Below are positions 38,731-51,128 of a DNA stretch of 64,000 nucleotides, in pieces. How positions within the stretch are numbered: position 1 is the stretch's first letter; each line of letters opens with the position of its first letter. This DNA is from Squalus acanthias. Lineage: Eukaryota. The notes under the pieces were generated by a model that saw nothing but the letters and a program-made list of their open reading frames with translations, was not told where the DNA came from and did not search any database. The stretch lies in the NCBI GenBank assembly GCA_030390025.1, contig CM059432.1, positions 126,110,001 through 126,174,000 on the forward strand, in the 5' to 3' direction. Made by a program: the position numbers and the translations under genes.

Positions 38731-39426
38731 GATCGGAGTCTTTTATCTTCTGATTGTGCAAAGTATTCTCACCTATATGGCAATTAACATACTCTTCTGG
38801 CAAGTACACCATCCATACACACCACATTCAACTGCCTTTACATTCATAGATTAGCTAACAGTTCAGCTAATGCTGCTATAATGTGGCATGGGCAATTCTG
38901 CTTAACATAACAATAAGTAGGGATGATTAGAATGCTAAACAGACCTACATACATCACCATATAATACTTCATTCTACTGAGTTTTTTTGTTTGTAAAGGT
39001 ATTTTAATGGTTATGTGTAGCTCGATGGAATAGTGCCAATAGTATAATTATCAGCGCAATTCTAGGGATTGTTCTGAGCTACAATGGTGTGTGTGTGTGT
39101 GGTGGTGGGTGGGGGGGGTGGGGGGGGTGGTGGTAGAGGGGGTGCTATACACTGTGTCAACCCTCTAAAGTACCATTGTGACTTTTCAACTTTAGGCCTT
39201 TGTACTTTGAGGGTGTGCCAATGATGCCAGATGCAAGGTTCTCCAGTTGTCACTGGTACTGTCTGAAGCCACTTGTTTGTAGTCTGGGTGGTTGGAGTCT
39301 GAGCCAGTACTTTTGCACTATTAACTCCGGTTCTCTTATGCCAGCGGCAGAACCACAGACTTACCAAAAGTATTTATTTCAGAATCTAACCTAAAAAAGC
39401 GCCAGTATAAAAGCAGCTAAATATAA

Positions 39427-39463
39427 AGTTCTGACGAAAGGTCATCGACCTGAAACGTCAGCT
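39427..39463 (+). ncRNA. Minimal type I hammerhead ribozyme motif with a GUC cleavage triplet
   Basis: AGTT-CTGACGA-A-AGGTC-ATC-GACCT-GAAA-C-GTC-AGCT: perfect stem II, stem I with one G-U pair. Confidence 0.8.
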
Positions 39464-39547
39464 CTGTTTCTCTTGCCACAGATGAGCGTTTCCAGCATTT
39501 TCTGTTTTTATTTCAGATTTCCAGCATACGCAGTATTTTGCTGTTTT
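39429..39547 (+). mobile_element. Short Penelope-derived hammerhead-bearing insert (family 1)
   Basis: Perfect 13-bp TSD GCTAAATATAAAG (39416-39428, 39548-39560); small internal deletion relative to 17788-17931. Confidence 0.85.
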
Positions 39548-39761
39548 GCTAAATATAAAGGAGGTTGCTTCTGGAGTTCTGACAACAGTTTTCCATGGGT
39601 CTTTGAAGGTGGCGCATCTCTTGTTCTGGCCCAGCAAGTGTAGGAAGCCAGTTCTGCGTGCTTGTATTATGATACATGTTGTAGACACAACTGATTCTGC
39701 GTCTCAGGCTCTGCCTTCCCTGTAGGCACTATGTATAGTGTCACTGCCAAGAGGATTTTAT

Positions 39762-40135
39762 TCTTATTCATTCACGTGATGTGGACGTCGCCAGCAAGGC
39801 CAGCATTTAGTGCCCATCCCTAATTGCCCTCGAGAATATAACTGAGTGGATTCAGAGGGCAGGTAAGAGTCAACCACATTGCTGTAGGTCTGGAGTCACA
39901 TATAGGCCCAATAAGGACAGCAGATTTCCTTCCCTAAAGGACATTAGTGAACCAGATGGGTTTTCACGACATAGTTTCATGGTCACCACTGATACTAGTT
40001 TTTTATTCCAGATTTATTTAATTGAATTTAAATTCCCCAGCTGCCGTGGTGGGATTTGAACCCATATCTCCAGATCATTAGTCCAGGCCTACTGGATTAC
40101 TAGTCCAGTAACATAACCACTATGCTACCGTACTC
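39762..40135 (-). mobile_element. Near full-length tRNA-headed SINE (family B)
   Basis: Reverse strand GGTAGCATAGTGGTTATG...GGGTTCAAATCCC...GGTTCACTAATGTCC, ending in the CR1-B tail. Confidence 0.85.
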
Positions 40136-40412
40136 CACGTATACTGCTCAATTCTCTTCTATGCATTTGAAAGTTCCTCGGACAGATTCTTCGAAGAAAC
40201 TGCCATGTATGCATGCACAGCCATGAAAAATACAGACACGGAAGAGGTGTGGCTCTACATTAAAGAAAACTAGGCCCGGAATTTCCACAGGAATTCTGTA
40301 GAGGAACATCAGCGGAACTCATGGAGAAATAGTGTAAACGGCTAAAAATGACTGTGATCCCAGTGAAAATTCCTAGTCTCCAAGGGGGCCTTTATTTGGT
40401 GTGTTGGCACCA

Positions 40413-40535
40413 AAGGAAAAGTTTGCAGGGTTGTGGGGAAAGAGCAGGGGGGTGGGACTAATTGGACAGCGCTTACAAAGAGCCGGCACAGGCACGATGG
40501 GCCGAATAGCCTCCTTCTGTGTAATATGATTCTAC
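40413..40535 (+). mobile_element. CR1/HER1-like 3' tip
   Basis: Matches 25392-25520 (GGGCCGAATAGCCTCCTTCTGTG...ATGATTCTA). Confidence 0.75.
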
Positions 40536-41134
40536 GGCAAACATGAGAAGGGGCACAAGCAGATCGTGGCTCTCTGTTTGACTGCTGCTTTCCCTGGAAC
40601 CCAACTTCTAAAGTAAAAGTGTCTTTTGATTTTTCTGGCATCCTTGCAAAGGATTAACAGTGTTGAGAGAAAGACGGCATGAAATGGAACTTGGAGTTTA
40701 CGTCAAACACCGGCAAAATTTCAGTCTTATGGCGCATTTATATTAGTGATGCTGCCGACAACTGCTCTTTATCCTTGGCAGTGAGGTGGTGGCGTACCAC
40801 ATTAAGAGAGAGTTTTTCCCCTACACTTAGAGGCGCATCACATAAATGGCTGCTATTGAAGTGCAGAAAGCTGCATTCTATCATGTTTTCTAGTTACAGG
40901 CAATCTGAAGTCTCAGCTTAACCTGATGGGCCAGTAAGGTGTTTTTTTGCACTACTGCATTGTTTGGACCTGCCCCAGAGAGCAGAAGGTCCAAGGTACA
41001 ACACCAAAGTTGCAACTGTGACTTTAAACACCTGGATGTGCACAAGCTTCCACACGTCCAGTTAATTTTCTGCTGTTGCTCTGAAATAAGCCTTGCAATG
41101 TAAACGGACAGCCTCAGCACATTGTTTCAAAAAA

Positions 41135-41620
41135 AAGTAAAAAAGAACTTGTATTTCTATAAGCGCCTTTCACAACCTCAGGATGTCCCAAAGCACTTTA
41201 CAGCCAATGAAGTACTTTTTTTTTGATGTGTGGTCACTGTTGTAATGTAGCAGTGTGTACCATCTACAAAATGCACTACAGCAACTCGTCAAGGCTTCTT
41301 CGGCAGCACCTCCCAAACCCGCAACCACTTCCACCTAGAAGGACAAGGGCAGCAGGTGCATGGGAACACCACCACCTCCAAGTTCCCCTCCAATTCACAC
41401 ACCATCCTGACTTAGAAGTATATCGCCGACCCTTCATCGTTGCAGGGTCAAAGTCCTGGAATTCCCTACCTAACAGCACTGTGGGAGTACCTTCACCACA
41501 CGGACTGCAGCGGTTCAAGAAGGCGGCTCACCACCACCTTCTCAAGGGCAATTCGAGATGGGCAATAAATGCTGGCCTTGCCAGCGACGCCCACATCCCA
41601 TAAAAACGGATTTAAAAAAA
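41135..41620. mobile_element. DeuSINE tail (-, ~41135-41248) abutting a CR1-B LINE 3' end (+, ~41246-41620)
   Basis: AVCTIYKMHYSNSSRLLRQHLPNP and the CR1-B tail; L2-type tail in reverse just upstream. Confidence 0.85.
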
Positions 41621-41639
41621 AAGAGTTACAGCAACAGTA

Positions 41640-42140
41640 AATGGGGCAAATGAGATCCTATGGTGTATAATCAGAGGGATATAATACTGGTCCCAGGAAG
41701 TGAAACTGTGTTTGTACAGCACATTGGTTCAGCTCCACACAATTACCGAGTGCAATTCTAGTCACCTTTGAGACATTTTGGCTTTGGAGAGGCTACAGCA
41801 AAGGGTAACTAAATTCATACTGAGGTTTGGGCACCTAAGCAATGAGAGGTTATACAATTTGGGAATGTTTATGCTTCAGAAGAGAAGGACCAGGGGAATC
41901 TTACTGAAGTATTCAAGATCCTGAGGGGTGTAGACAAACTGAACCCTAATAATGCATTTAGTATAGTCACAAACTCTACAACAGTGCACCGACTCAAGCT
42001 CAGAAGAGGAGAGATGAACAAATAGTTTAGATTTAATTAGTTTACATAGAGGGTGGTGAATGTGTGGAAATGACTGCTGAGATAAGTAGTGGAACTGGAT
42101 TGTGTTGGCAAATTTAAAAACAAACTGGATGCAGGTGATT
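41640..42140 (+). mobile_element. Highly degraded CR1 3' region
   Basis: GGCTTTGGAGAGGCTACAGCAAAGGG...GAAGTATTCAAGATCCTGAGGGG...GGGTGGTGAATGTGTGGAA. Confidence 0.6.
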
Positions 42141-43589
42141 GATTGCTATAAAAAACGGAACCATGTTTGATGTTTCCCAGACTTTGTCACCAACGTAATA
42201 GTCTTTTTCCAGCATTGTTCATGGCAGTGAGTCAAGCTGAACAGAAAGTTTTTATCCCGGAGTCTGTGCTGAGTTAGCAGTACTGCAATCAAGGTTGCTA
42301 AAATTGACCTCAATGTCCATGGTCTGAGAACACGATGGTTGAGCCTGCTGGCAGTCACTACCTACACTTTCAGATGAAGAACGGACACGTGGACAAGGTT
42401 GGGGAGGGCTACATCTTAGGATGAAACTGTTCTATTTATCTGGCTTCCAGAAGATAAGGCTATGGAAGGAGCTTTTAGCCCTGTTTGTGCCAAACATCGA
42501 TCGAAATCTAATTTTTTCACGAGCTGCCCAATTAGTCTGTTTTTACAGTGAGCAAAAATCCACAAAATCTCATCCAAATTTTTTTTCTTTATTCATAATC
42601 TGCAGAAAACTGAGCATCAAGAAAAAGATTGATTGCTTCTTCTATCAATAAAATACTGTTCTCTGCCAACATTCCTGTTCAAGTATGTAAACATCTTTGT
42701 TTATCTAAATAGAAATGTGTAGGAAACAGGTATTATTTGGGGTATATACAGTACTTAGAACAAAGGGACCTAAATATCACAGATCGGCTTTGTTCAATCC
42801 ATTCAGCATTCATAATATTGGGTTACTATTCTGCAGAAATTGCTCTGCGGTGGCAATAAAATGCTTAAAGTTAATTACACAGGACGCTTATAATGAGCAG
42901 AGAGAAGATTCTTTCAACCCATTAGTCTGGGCTGGACTCTGGTCCAAGAGGAGAAGGGACAACGGTTTAACCCAGTGAAAAATTCTTATATATGCACAAC
43001 TACACTCTAGGCTGCGTTTGCTGTAATTCTCCAATGGATATGGTAGCTCCCCCATGGCTCAGCAGTTTAAGGTTGGATTTTCCTCTGTGATTCCTCCAAA
43101 ACTGGGATTGGGGTGGTGGGAAAATGGGGCGAAGAGGCAAATCGTTGCTTCCATGTCGGACCTGGATTTTCCTCACCCCTGCCTCTGTCGTGGTCGCCCC
43201 TTCCCGCCTGCCACATGTAAATACTGACAGAGGGGCGGGGCCTGGCATCCCGGTTGTTTTCCTTCACTCCTAGTTACTAATGCTCCCTGAGACCACCTTG
43301 ATGGGGGGTTGCATAGGCCGTCGGGAGCCCTGAAGTCTGATGCAGGGAGCGGGCCTAATAGAGTCCTCATCCCCCTTCGTTTTGACCCAAGCACCTATGT
43401 TTGTAGGACTTGGTCTACAAAAACTGTGCCTTAGATTCTTTGTTGAGGTTCTTCTGCTTCTTTAACTGCTCGTCTGCCTCTACGGATACTGCAGCGGTGG
43501 TTCCTCTGGGATTTGCCAGTCTTGCAATGCCTTTTGGTAGTGAGAATTTTACTGGGAGCCTGCCCTATATCACTAATGACACTCGACGA

Positions 43590-44070
43590 AGGGAACTCCA
43601 TTCAGGACTTGAGCACACAACTAGACTGACACTCCAGTGCAGTACTGAGGGAGTACTGCATTGCCAGAAAAAGCTGTCATTCGGCTGTTAAGAAACGGTC
43701 CCGTCTGCCTGTTCTGATTTAAATTGATGTTAATATATCCCATGGCACTAATAGCAGAGGAGCAAAGAGTTCTCAAAAGTAATTTATTATTTGTAAAGTG
43801 TTTGAGGGAATCCTGTGGATTAGGTAAGGTGCTATACAAATATAAATCCTTTTTTCTTTCTCTAGATGCCTTTCAACCAATACCACAAATTCAGATTAAC
43901 TGGTAATTTCTCTCCTTGCTGTTTGTAGGATCTTACTATGTGCAAATAAACAACCATGTTGCCTATATGACAACAGTCTCAATGCTTCACAGTACTTCAT
44001 TGTATTTGAAGCACTTTGAGAAGTTTCTGGAAGATGTGACCAAGTGCTACATGAATACAATCTTTTCTTT
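43590..44070 (+). mobile_element. Degraded DeuSINE-like copies
   Basis: GACTTGAGCACACAACTAGACTGACACTCCAGTGCAGTACTGAGGGAGT followed by two L2-type tails. Confidence 0.7.
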
Positions 44071-45009
44071 TCTCCTATGGCTTCAGCACTTCAGTATCGG
44101 AAGGAGAAAATCAGCCATGACTCGCACTCACTCCTGAGAATTAGCCATAGACCCCCCCCCCGCCCCCGATGAACTGTGCGTGTATGGACATCCAGCGAGG
44201 AGGACATGACTATGCTCGGATGTGGTCATGACCCCCATTGTCAAAAAGCTGGCTTACTTTCAAAGCTCACATGTGAATAATGGCATACGTATTGATGGGA
44301 CACAAGTGCCTGTGAAATTGTGCCCCAGCAAGGTGCTAATACTTTCAGAGGAGGGAAAGGAGAAAAATTGGCCAGCAAAGAAAGTTTATCCCGACAGAGC
44401 AATGATGATTTTTCTAGAAAATGTATGCCTGTAGATGTCAGATATGAACAAGCAGGACCACAATTGGGGACCCACCTGCCTAGTGGGTCTTGCACTCATG
44501 CTGAACACTTGAACTCTGCACACACTGCTGTGCTGTAGTCTGAAGATGCACTTGCATTACTTACTGCTATCGTGTGAGATCATGCTGTGTGTTTGGAGCT
44601 CTTGTCTTGAGTTTGTTTCTGTGAAAGTCTGTGTTGGTACTTGTGTTGCTGCACAGAGACTTCATTCCAGAGCTCAGTGTATTACATGGCAAAAGGGCAT
44701 ACAAGGAATCAGAAACCCACAGCCGCCCTGAGGCGCTTACTTATTTCCAATTTTTTTTAAGGCACGTTTACATTTGCCGATTGTATAGTTGGGGTTTGCT
44801 GCTGTACCGGATATCCCACCCCTGTGACAGATACAATTCCTGCATAATGCCCAATCCACACAGGCAATGCATAACAATTATTATAATGAGCATATCTCAT
44901 ACTATATCTGGAGCTCCCCTCATTGTATGCGGTGCGTGAACAGCATGCACTTTCCAACGATTCTACTACCATTGTATTAACTGCAAATGTTCTCCCTTTA
45001 TATTTAGTT

Positions 45010-45491
45010 GGAAAGAAAAGAAAGGAAGACTTGCATTTATATAGCGCCTTCACGACCACTGGACGTCCCAAAGCGCTTTACAGCCAATGAAGTACTTTTG
45101 GAGTGTAGTCACTGTTGTAATGTGGGAAACGCGGCAGCTAATTTGTGCACAGCAAGCTCCCACAAACAGCAATGTGATAATGACCAGATTATCTTTTATT
45201 TTTAAGTGATGTTGATTGAGGGATAAATATTGGCCAGTACACCGCGGATAACTCCCCTGCTCTTCTTTGAAATAGTGTTGTGGGATCTTTTACATCCACC
45301 TGAGAGGGCAGACGGGGCGTCGGTTTTAACGTCTCATCCGAAAGACGGCACCTCCAAGAGTGCAGCACTCCCTCAGCACTGCACTGGAGTGTCAGCCTAG
45401 ATTTTTGTGCTCAAGTCTCTGGAGTGGGACTTGAACCCACAACCTTCTGACTCAGAGGCAAGGGTGCTACCCACTGAGCCACGGCTGACAC
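45010..45491 (-). mobile_element. Full-length DeuSINE/SacSINE1-like tRNA SINE
   Basis: Reverse strand: A box TGGCTCAGTGG, B box GGTTCAAGTCC, conserved body, L2-type tail GAAGGCGCTATATAAATGCAAGTC plus (CTTT)n. Confidence 0.88.
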
Positions 45492-46577
45492 TATTATTAT
45501 TATTTTGAATAGAAGGATTTTGGTATGGCCTGGTAGCCAAACATTTCCATTACCTCACAATGATCTGCTCAGATCACCAGGTGCCTTTGATCTGTATATT
45601 TCCCTCCGCCTCCTTTGGGCTAAGTAAAAGCTACAAGGGTTACTTACAAATGTTTTTTCTCTTCCACCCACCCAATAGTAAGTTACTGATTTTGGCTGAG
45701 GAAGGTTGGAGAGTTAAATGGCTTGTTCTGCCTGGAAGCAGGTTGCCTAGTCACCCTCATAATGGAGGAATGATGGGTGGGTAGGAGGCGTGGTTGGAAG
45801 GGAGTGCAACATATGCTCTTTATAATGCCTGTGGTTGGAGGACTGTGGAAATGAGTTGACGGTTTAGTCTTGCTTTTCAGGCTAATTCTTTTTTTTTTAA
45901 TATGCGCATAGCGTATTGTGTATAAATGAAGGGATTGGTCGTGTGGGAGTAACAACACCCAGCGCAAGAGAGTAATGTAGGGTTGTGCCTTCAATTTCCC
46001 CACCACCACCACTGCAGAGTTCTCCGGTTCGACTTAATTGCGATGGAAATAAAAAGAAATGGAGAAATTAACTTTTTTTAAATCCATTTAATGAGCTCCC
46101 TCCATGATGCAGTTGGTAAAGATAATGATGTCCCCAACACACATTGTTTCAGCTCCCACATGAAGAATAGCCATTTAGGTGAAGTACCAAGGATGCCCAG
46201 TGCCTCTGGAACCAGATCCCAGCAGTAGTCAACACCTTCAGGACAGGGGGGAGGGGTAGTAGGGGGAATTAGCTAAAAATGTTCGTATCCTATTTTGAAA
46301 TCCTGAAGGGTTACAGACAGGAAGTCACAGGATTGAGTTCTGCTCCTCGATGAGTTAGCTGATCTCAACCAGGGGGAGCAGTAGGGGCACTACAATTGGC
46401 CTCAGGACCCCTGGACTTGGGAGGGAAAAATCCGCCACGGTTCCTGATCCAGAACGAAAATAGTTACCCGCATTGGAAAGTGTGCACGTGCAGTGGGGAC
46501 AAGATCGGCTCAGCTTTAGATTTTCCCAAGTTTGAATAGTAACACTCAATATCTAGCCTCACATATGAAGAATGGTA

Positions 46578-47257
46578 CAAAAGCAAATGGTCCACTCCTT
46601 CCAAGAAAACAGCGATTTACTTGTACTTCTTGCAATTTAGTACACTGTATTCGCGGCTCACGCTGCAGTCTCCTCTACATTGGGGAGACCAAACGCAGAT
46701 TGGGTGACCGCTTTGCGGAACACCTCTTTTCAGTCCGTAAGCATGACCCCGAGCTTCTGGTCGCTTGTCATTTTAATTCTCCGCTCCACTCCGACCTCTC
46801 CATCCTCTGCCTCTTACACTGTTCCAACTAAGCTCAACATAAGCTCGAGGAACAGCACCTCATCTTTCAATTAGGCACTTTACAGCCTTCTGGACTCAAC
46901 ATCGAGTTCAACAATTTCAGGCCATAACCTCTGCCCCTATTTTTTTTTCACATGGCAGCTGTTGATGATTCTGCCATTCCCATTTACACCTCCTCTAGAC
47001 ACATCTTTTGATTCTTTACTTGTCTCATTACCATCCCCTTTTGCCTTGCACCATCATCCCTTTTTTCATTTAATCACTCCTGCCTTCCACCCTATCACAG
47101 ACCTTCCCTTTTATTCATTCCCCCATTCCCTGCCTCTGCACTTGCTTAAAATCTGTTGCATCTCTAACTTTTTCCAGTTCTGATGAAACGTTAACTCTGT
47201 TTCTCTCTCCACAGATGCTGCCTGACCTGCTGAGTATTTCCAGAATTTTCTGCTTTT
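46578..47257 (+). mobile_element. Penelope-like element 3' part: GIY-YIG endonuclease remnant and terminal repeat
   Basis: FTCTSCNLVHCIRGSRCSLLYIGETKRRLGDRFAEHL...VACHFN, then EEQHLIF.LGTLQPSGLN; 15-bp TSD ATATGAAGAATGGTA (46563-46577, 47258-47272); hammerhead stem II deleted. Confidence 0.9.
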
Positions 47258-47447
47258 ATATGAAGAATGGTAATTGGTGTGAGGCATTACAGGGTGCCAA
47301 GACCACCTATTTACACTCCACAATATTAGTCGCCTTTTTTCTTAACTCACCCCACCATTGAAACCCTCTTTTATGCCTTTATTACTTCCAAGGTCGAACT
47401 CTCCCAACACTCCCCTCGCTGGCGTCTCATGCTCCACCTCAAACAAA

Positions 47448-48007
47448 TGCTCGCGGGGAATGCCGGTGCGGAGGGTCCGGTGCAGAAGGCCCAAGGTGGA
47501 AGACCCAGAGGAGAGTGGCCTGGGCGGGAGGCCCAGCACGGAGAACCCCAGGCGGGGGGCCCAGGGCGGGGCGGCTGGTCGGCAGAGGTGGAGTCGGGAG
47601 ATGCGGTTGATTCACCCCGGCTGCTCGCGGGGAATGCCGGTGCGGAGGGTCCGGTGCAGAAGGCCCAAGGTGGAAGACCCGGAGGAGAGTGGCCTGGGCG
47701 GGAGGCCCAGCACGGAGAACAATTGAGTGGATGGTCGGGTGGGCGGTGCCAGTGGGACTGGCGCGGAACAGGTTTCTTGGGTTATTGGAGTGGATGTTAT
47801 ATGTGGCATTTAGTTGGATTGTGATGGTGCTATGTGTTTGTACACTGTGGTGTTGAAATGGGTTGTTTTATGTGGAGTTAAGTGAGATGTATTGTTTTAA
47901 TATAAAAAAAAAGTGTGGTATTGTTTGGGGGTATTTGTACTGTATTTTGATGGATGAATGTAATGGTTTTACTATGTAATTTGTATTATTGGTTTGAATA
48001 AAAGATT
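47448..48007 (+). mobile_element. Unclassified 5'-truncated retroposon (L1/Tx1-like 3' end?) inserted in an L2 remnant (~47340-48400)
   Basis: 13-bp TSD CACCTCAAACAAA (47435-47447, 48008-48020); two 99-bp copies 47448-47546 and 47622-47720; TG-rich tail ending AATAAAAGATT. Confidence 0.7.
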
Positions 48008-49619
48008 CACCTCAAACAAACTTCAACTTGTCTAAAACCCTGCCACCTGTATCCTATCCTGCATTAAGTCCTGCTCCCCTAGTCAAACTTTATTGGCTCC
48101 CAGTCCCCTAATGCATCAAATTTGAAATCCTCATTTACAAAGCTCTTCAATGATACCACCCCGCCCCACACCTACATCCTCCTCCAACCTTAAATGCCAA
48201 CACAAACCCTCCAGTTTTGAATCTGACCTTCTTTGCACTCCCTTCATTTCAGCCATCTGATCCTAGACTCCTTTCTCCTAAAACCCATGTGCCTTATTAT
48301 CTTTTTCCAAAACCTCTCTCTTCAACCCTAGTTCTCATACTACTGCTTAGTGTCCATTCTGCCTCTGTGATTTGGGATGTTTACTATGTTAACAGTGTAA
48401 TATATATTCGGTTTGTTATCGGCCTGCAACCCAATAAAAGCCGTAATCTCTTTAATAGCGGAGGACGGAAGGGAAGGAAACCGGCTCCCAAAGTTTCCAT
48501 TTAATATTGTTATGTTTTGAAATCCTAAAGGAAACTAGAAGGAAGAAAGAAATTTGAAAAGTTACAGTTGGTTTTGGCTGGAGAACCGTGTGTGTTTGGG
48601 TGGAGAAGGATCCAGCTCAGCAGTTACTGATACCACCATCTCATTCAGCCGTGCTTGTAGGGATATTTATCCCACTGCTGAGCACAGCATATTTTCTTTG
48701 TAATAGTTGTGCTTTATAGGACTGCGGATGCAAGAGTTAGTCATTTGATCTTGTTTTTATGGGGAGGGGAAGAGTATGAAAGTGCTAGATTTTCTTCTTG
48801 CACCTCCCCCCCATCCATCCAAACTGACTGATAGCAATTGGTTTCTATATGCATTTAAATATTGTATTTTTTATCCTGGTACTGTGAAGTGGAGTTGGGA
48901 CAACACCCCATAACTTTTTTTTTTGCAGGCAAGCCCTTAAAACCCTGCACATTGGCCTCAGCACAGGATCAGACTTAACTGGGATATTCAGCATGGTCAA
49001 ATAAACTGCAGTTACTCACTGTGACTCTAGGCTCGCACATGACATCTTGGCTGAGGCCTCACTGGGATCCCAGCACTTGTAACTTACTCTAGCATGGGGC
49101 AGTGCCTTCGGATGGAAGGGACAAATAAATATACTGGTACTCAACAGATGTTACCTTATGGGTTGAATTAAATCATCAGCAATAATAGTGTTCGGTGGCT
49201 CAAGGGTTAAAGAGAGATGTTATGCACCAGACCTCTCAGTAAACCTGAAACCATATTGCGTTCAGAAAAAGTGATGCTAATATATCCTAATCAGACTGTA
49301 GGTAACTAATGAGCATTCCCACTGATTGGATCAGACCCTTTTTAGTCTGATCCTAGGGAGCGTGTGTGATCTCTCTGGTTCTTCCAAATTGTTGTCCTGG
49401 TGAGTGTGTTTGCAATTCCCTGCTGGTTCTTATAATACTTCTAATAATATGTTTTGTAGTTTTCCACTCTACATCTATAAATTCCCATAATTTTCTCTGA
49501 GTTTACAGTAAAACAAACATGAATAATGTGTAGTTGTTCATCCTGAATGCAGGGTGAAAACTCCTGTTACTTATCATTGGGGCTAACCATGGCTTTGAAA
49601 CAGGAAACTGATATCAAAT

Positions 49620-49990
49620 ACAACAGCATACATTTACATAACATCTTTAATACAGTAAATATCTCAAGGTGCTTCACATAATACAACACATACGGCAAGC
49701 AGTAGTGGAAGAGCTCGTAGACATCATCAGAGCGTGGTCAAAGAGACAGTTTTTTAGAAGGCTTTTTAAGAGTGAAGAGGTTTTGCAAAGCAGTTAGAGA
49801 GGAGTGCCAAGATCCCTGAAGACTCGGCCACTGGTGGTGGAGCTGGGAGAGGAGAGAATGTCCAGAGGAGACCACAGTCAGAGTGGAGATGATGGGCTGC
49901 GACTTGGGGCTGGAGGAGGTTGGAAAGGGGCAAGGGCCCTGGTGGGATTTACAAATGAGGATGAAGATTTTAAATTCAAGGTTACCAGGT
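49620..49990 (-). mobile_element. Degraded L2 3' fragment
   Basis: LEFKIFILICKSHQG matches L2 LDFKILILVFKSLHG; L2-like tail near 49620-49680. Confidence 0.6.
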
Positions 49991-51128
49991 CGATCTGTGT
50001 GTCTGATGTCAACCTCCAGCATCAGAAGAGAGACTGTCAACATATCTATCAGACTGGTAATTTAGCAGAGGAGCTGCATCCAGGCAATGTTAACAAACAC
50101 CCAAATCAAACCACATTGAGCTGAATATGATTTGTTCACAGCTGTAGTATAAATAGAATTATTGCTTGGTCTTCTGATGAAATTTGGATTAGAGCAACAA
50201 TTTTTTTTTCCTAAATTACAGATACTTAAAATTACAGAGGGCCACTTTGTTCCTTTTACTTCATCTATGCTGCCTCCTAAAACTAGGAATGCAGAACTGT
50301 CTACTACAGACCATCTCAAGCAACAGCTTTCTGCAGTTAGGGTTGCCACTTTTTGCCAAGTTCAAAACTGGATAGAAGTTGGGATACAGCGCAAGATAAG
50401 AGATGGAATTATGCCTGTAATTCTGAGGGTAAATCCCGCGAGGTTTCGTAAAATGCTAGTGCATATTGGAAAATCTTGGACAAGCTCCCTGCGATTTTCC
50501 TATGCGCTGGGTGTGTGCGAGGAGTCGGGCTTTGTGAAACTTACCCTTTGATGTCTGCTTTGTTGATGAAAATTCCTTGAAAACTTTAATCCATGCTTTC
50601 ACGTCATAAAACACATTGGTAAATGTGTTGTAAAAGGTTGCATGCTATAATGGGTCTCAGTGTCCCTGGGCTAGGTAAAGGAAAATAATAATTACGATTC
50701 TTACTCTTGACCAGTGAGCCATGCTGGAAAGTGTGCCCGTGTGTACAAAACCGGAGACGTTTGGGCTGAGCTACGATGTCTCTTTAGTCAAGTAGCCTGT
50801 TTACATTCACTGTCTAGACTCACACTTAAAGAATGGCCATTTGGGGGGAGTTGATTAGTGTCCATGGAACTCTATTCTAACATACCTCTGTGCCTTCAGT
50901 AGGGGAGAAAAAAAACACAATGCAAGCTAAAGAATGGGAATGTACTGTCGGAGGTGCCATCTTTCAGATGAGACATCAAACCAAGGTCTAGTGACATTTC
51001 AAAAGTATTTATTGGCTGCGAGCACTTTGGCACTTCTCAAGGATGTGAAAGGCACTATATAAATTCAAGTTCTTCCTTTTAAATTAATTATGACATTTTG
51101 CTTCACTTTGATGAATTATAATGTTTTA

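Noticed and set aside
45425..45491. tRNA gene
   Set aside because: The A and B boxes belong to a SINE head that continues into the SINE body and an L2-type tail; no complete cloverleaf is evident.
47448..47720. CRISPR-like repeat-spacer array
   Set aside because: Only two 99-bp copies in a eukaryotic retroposon context; wrong size and no cas genes.
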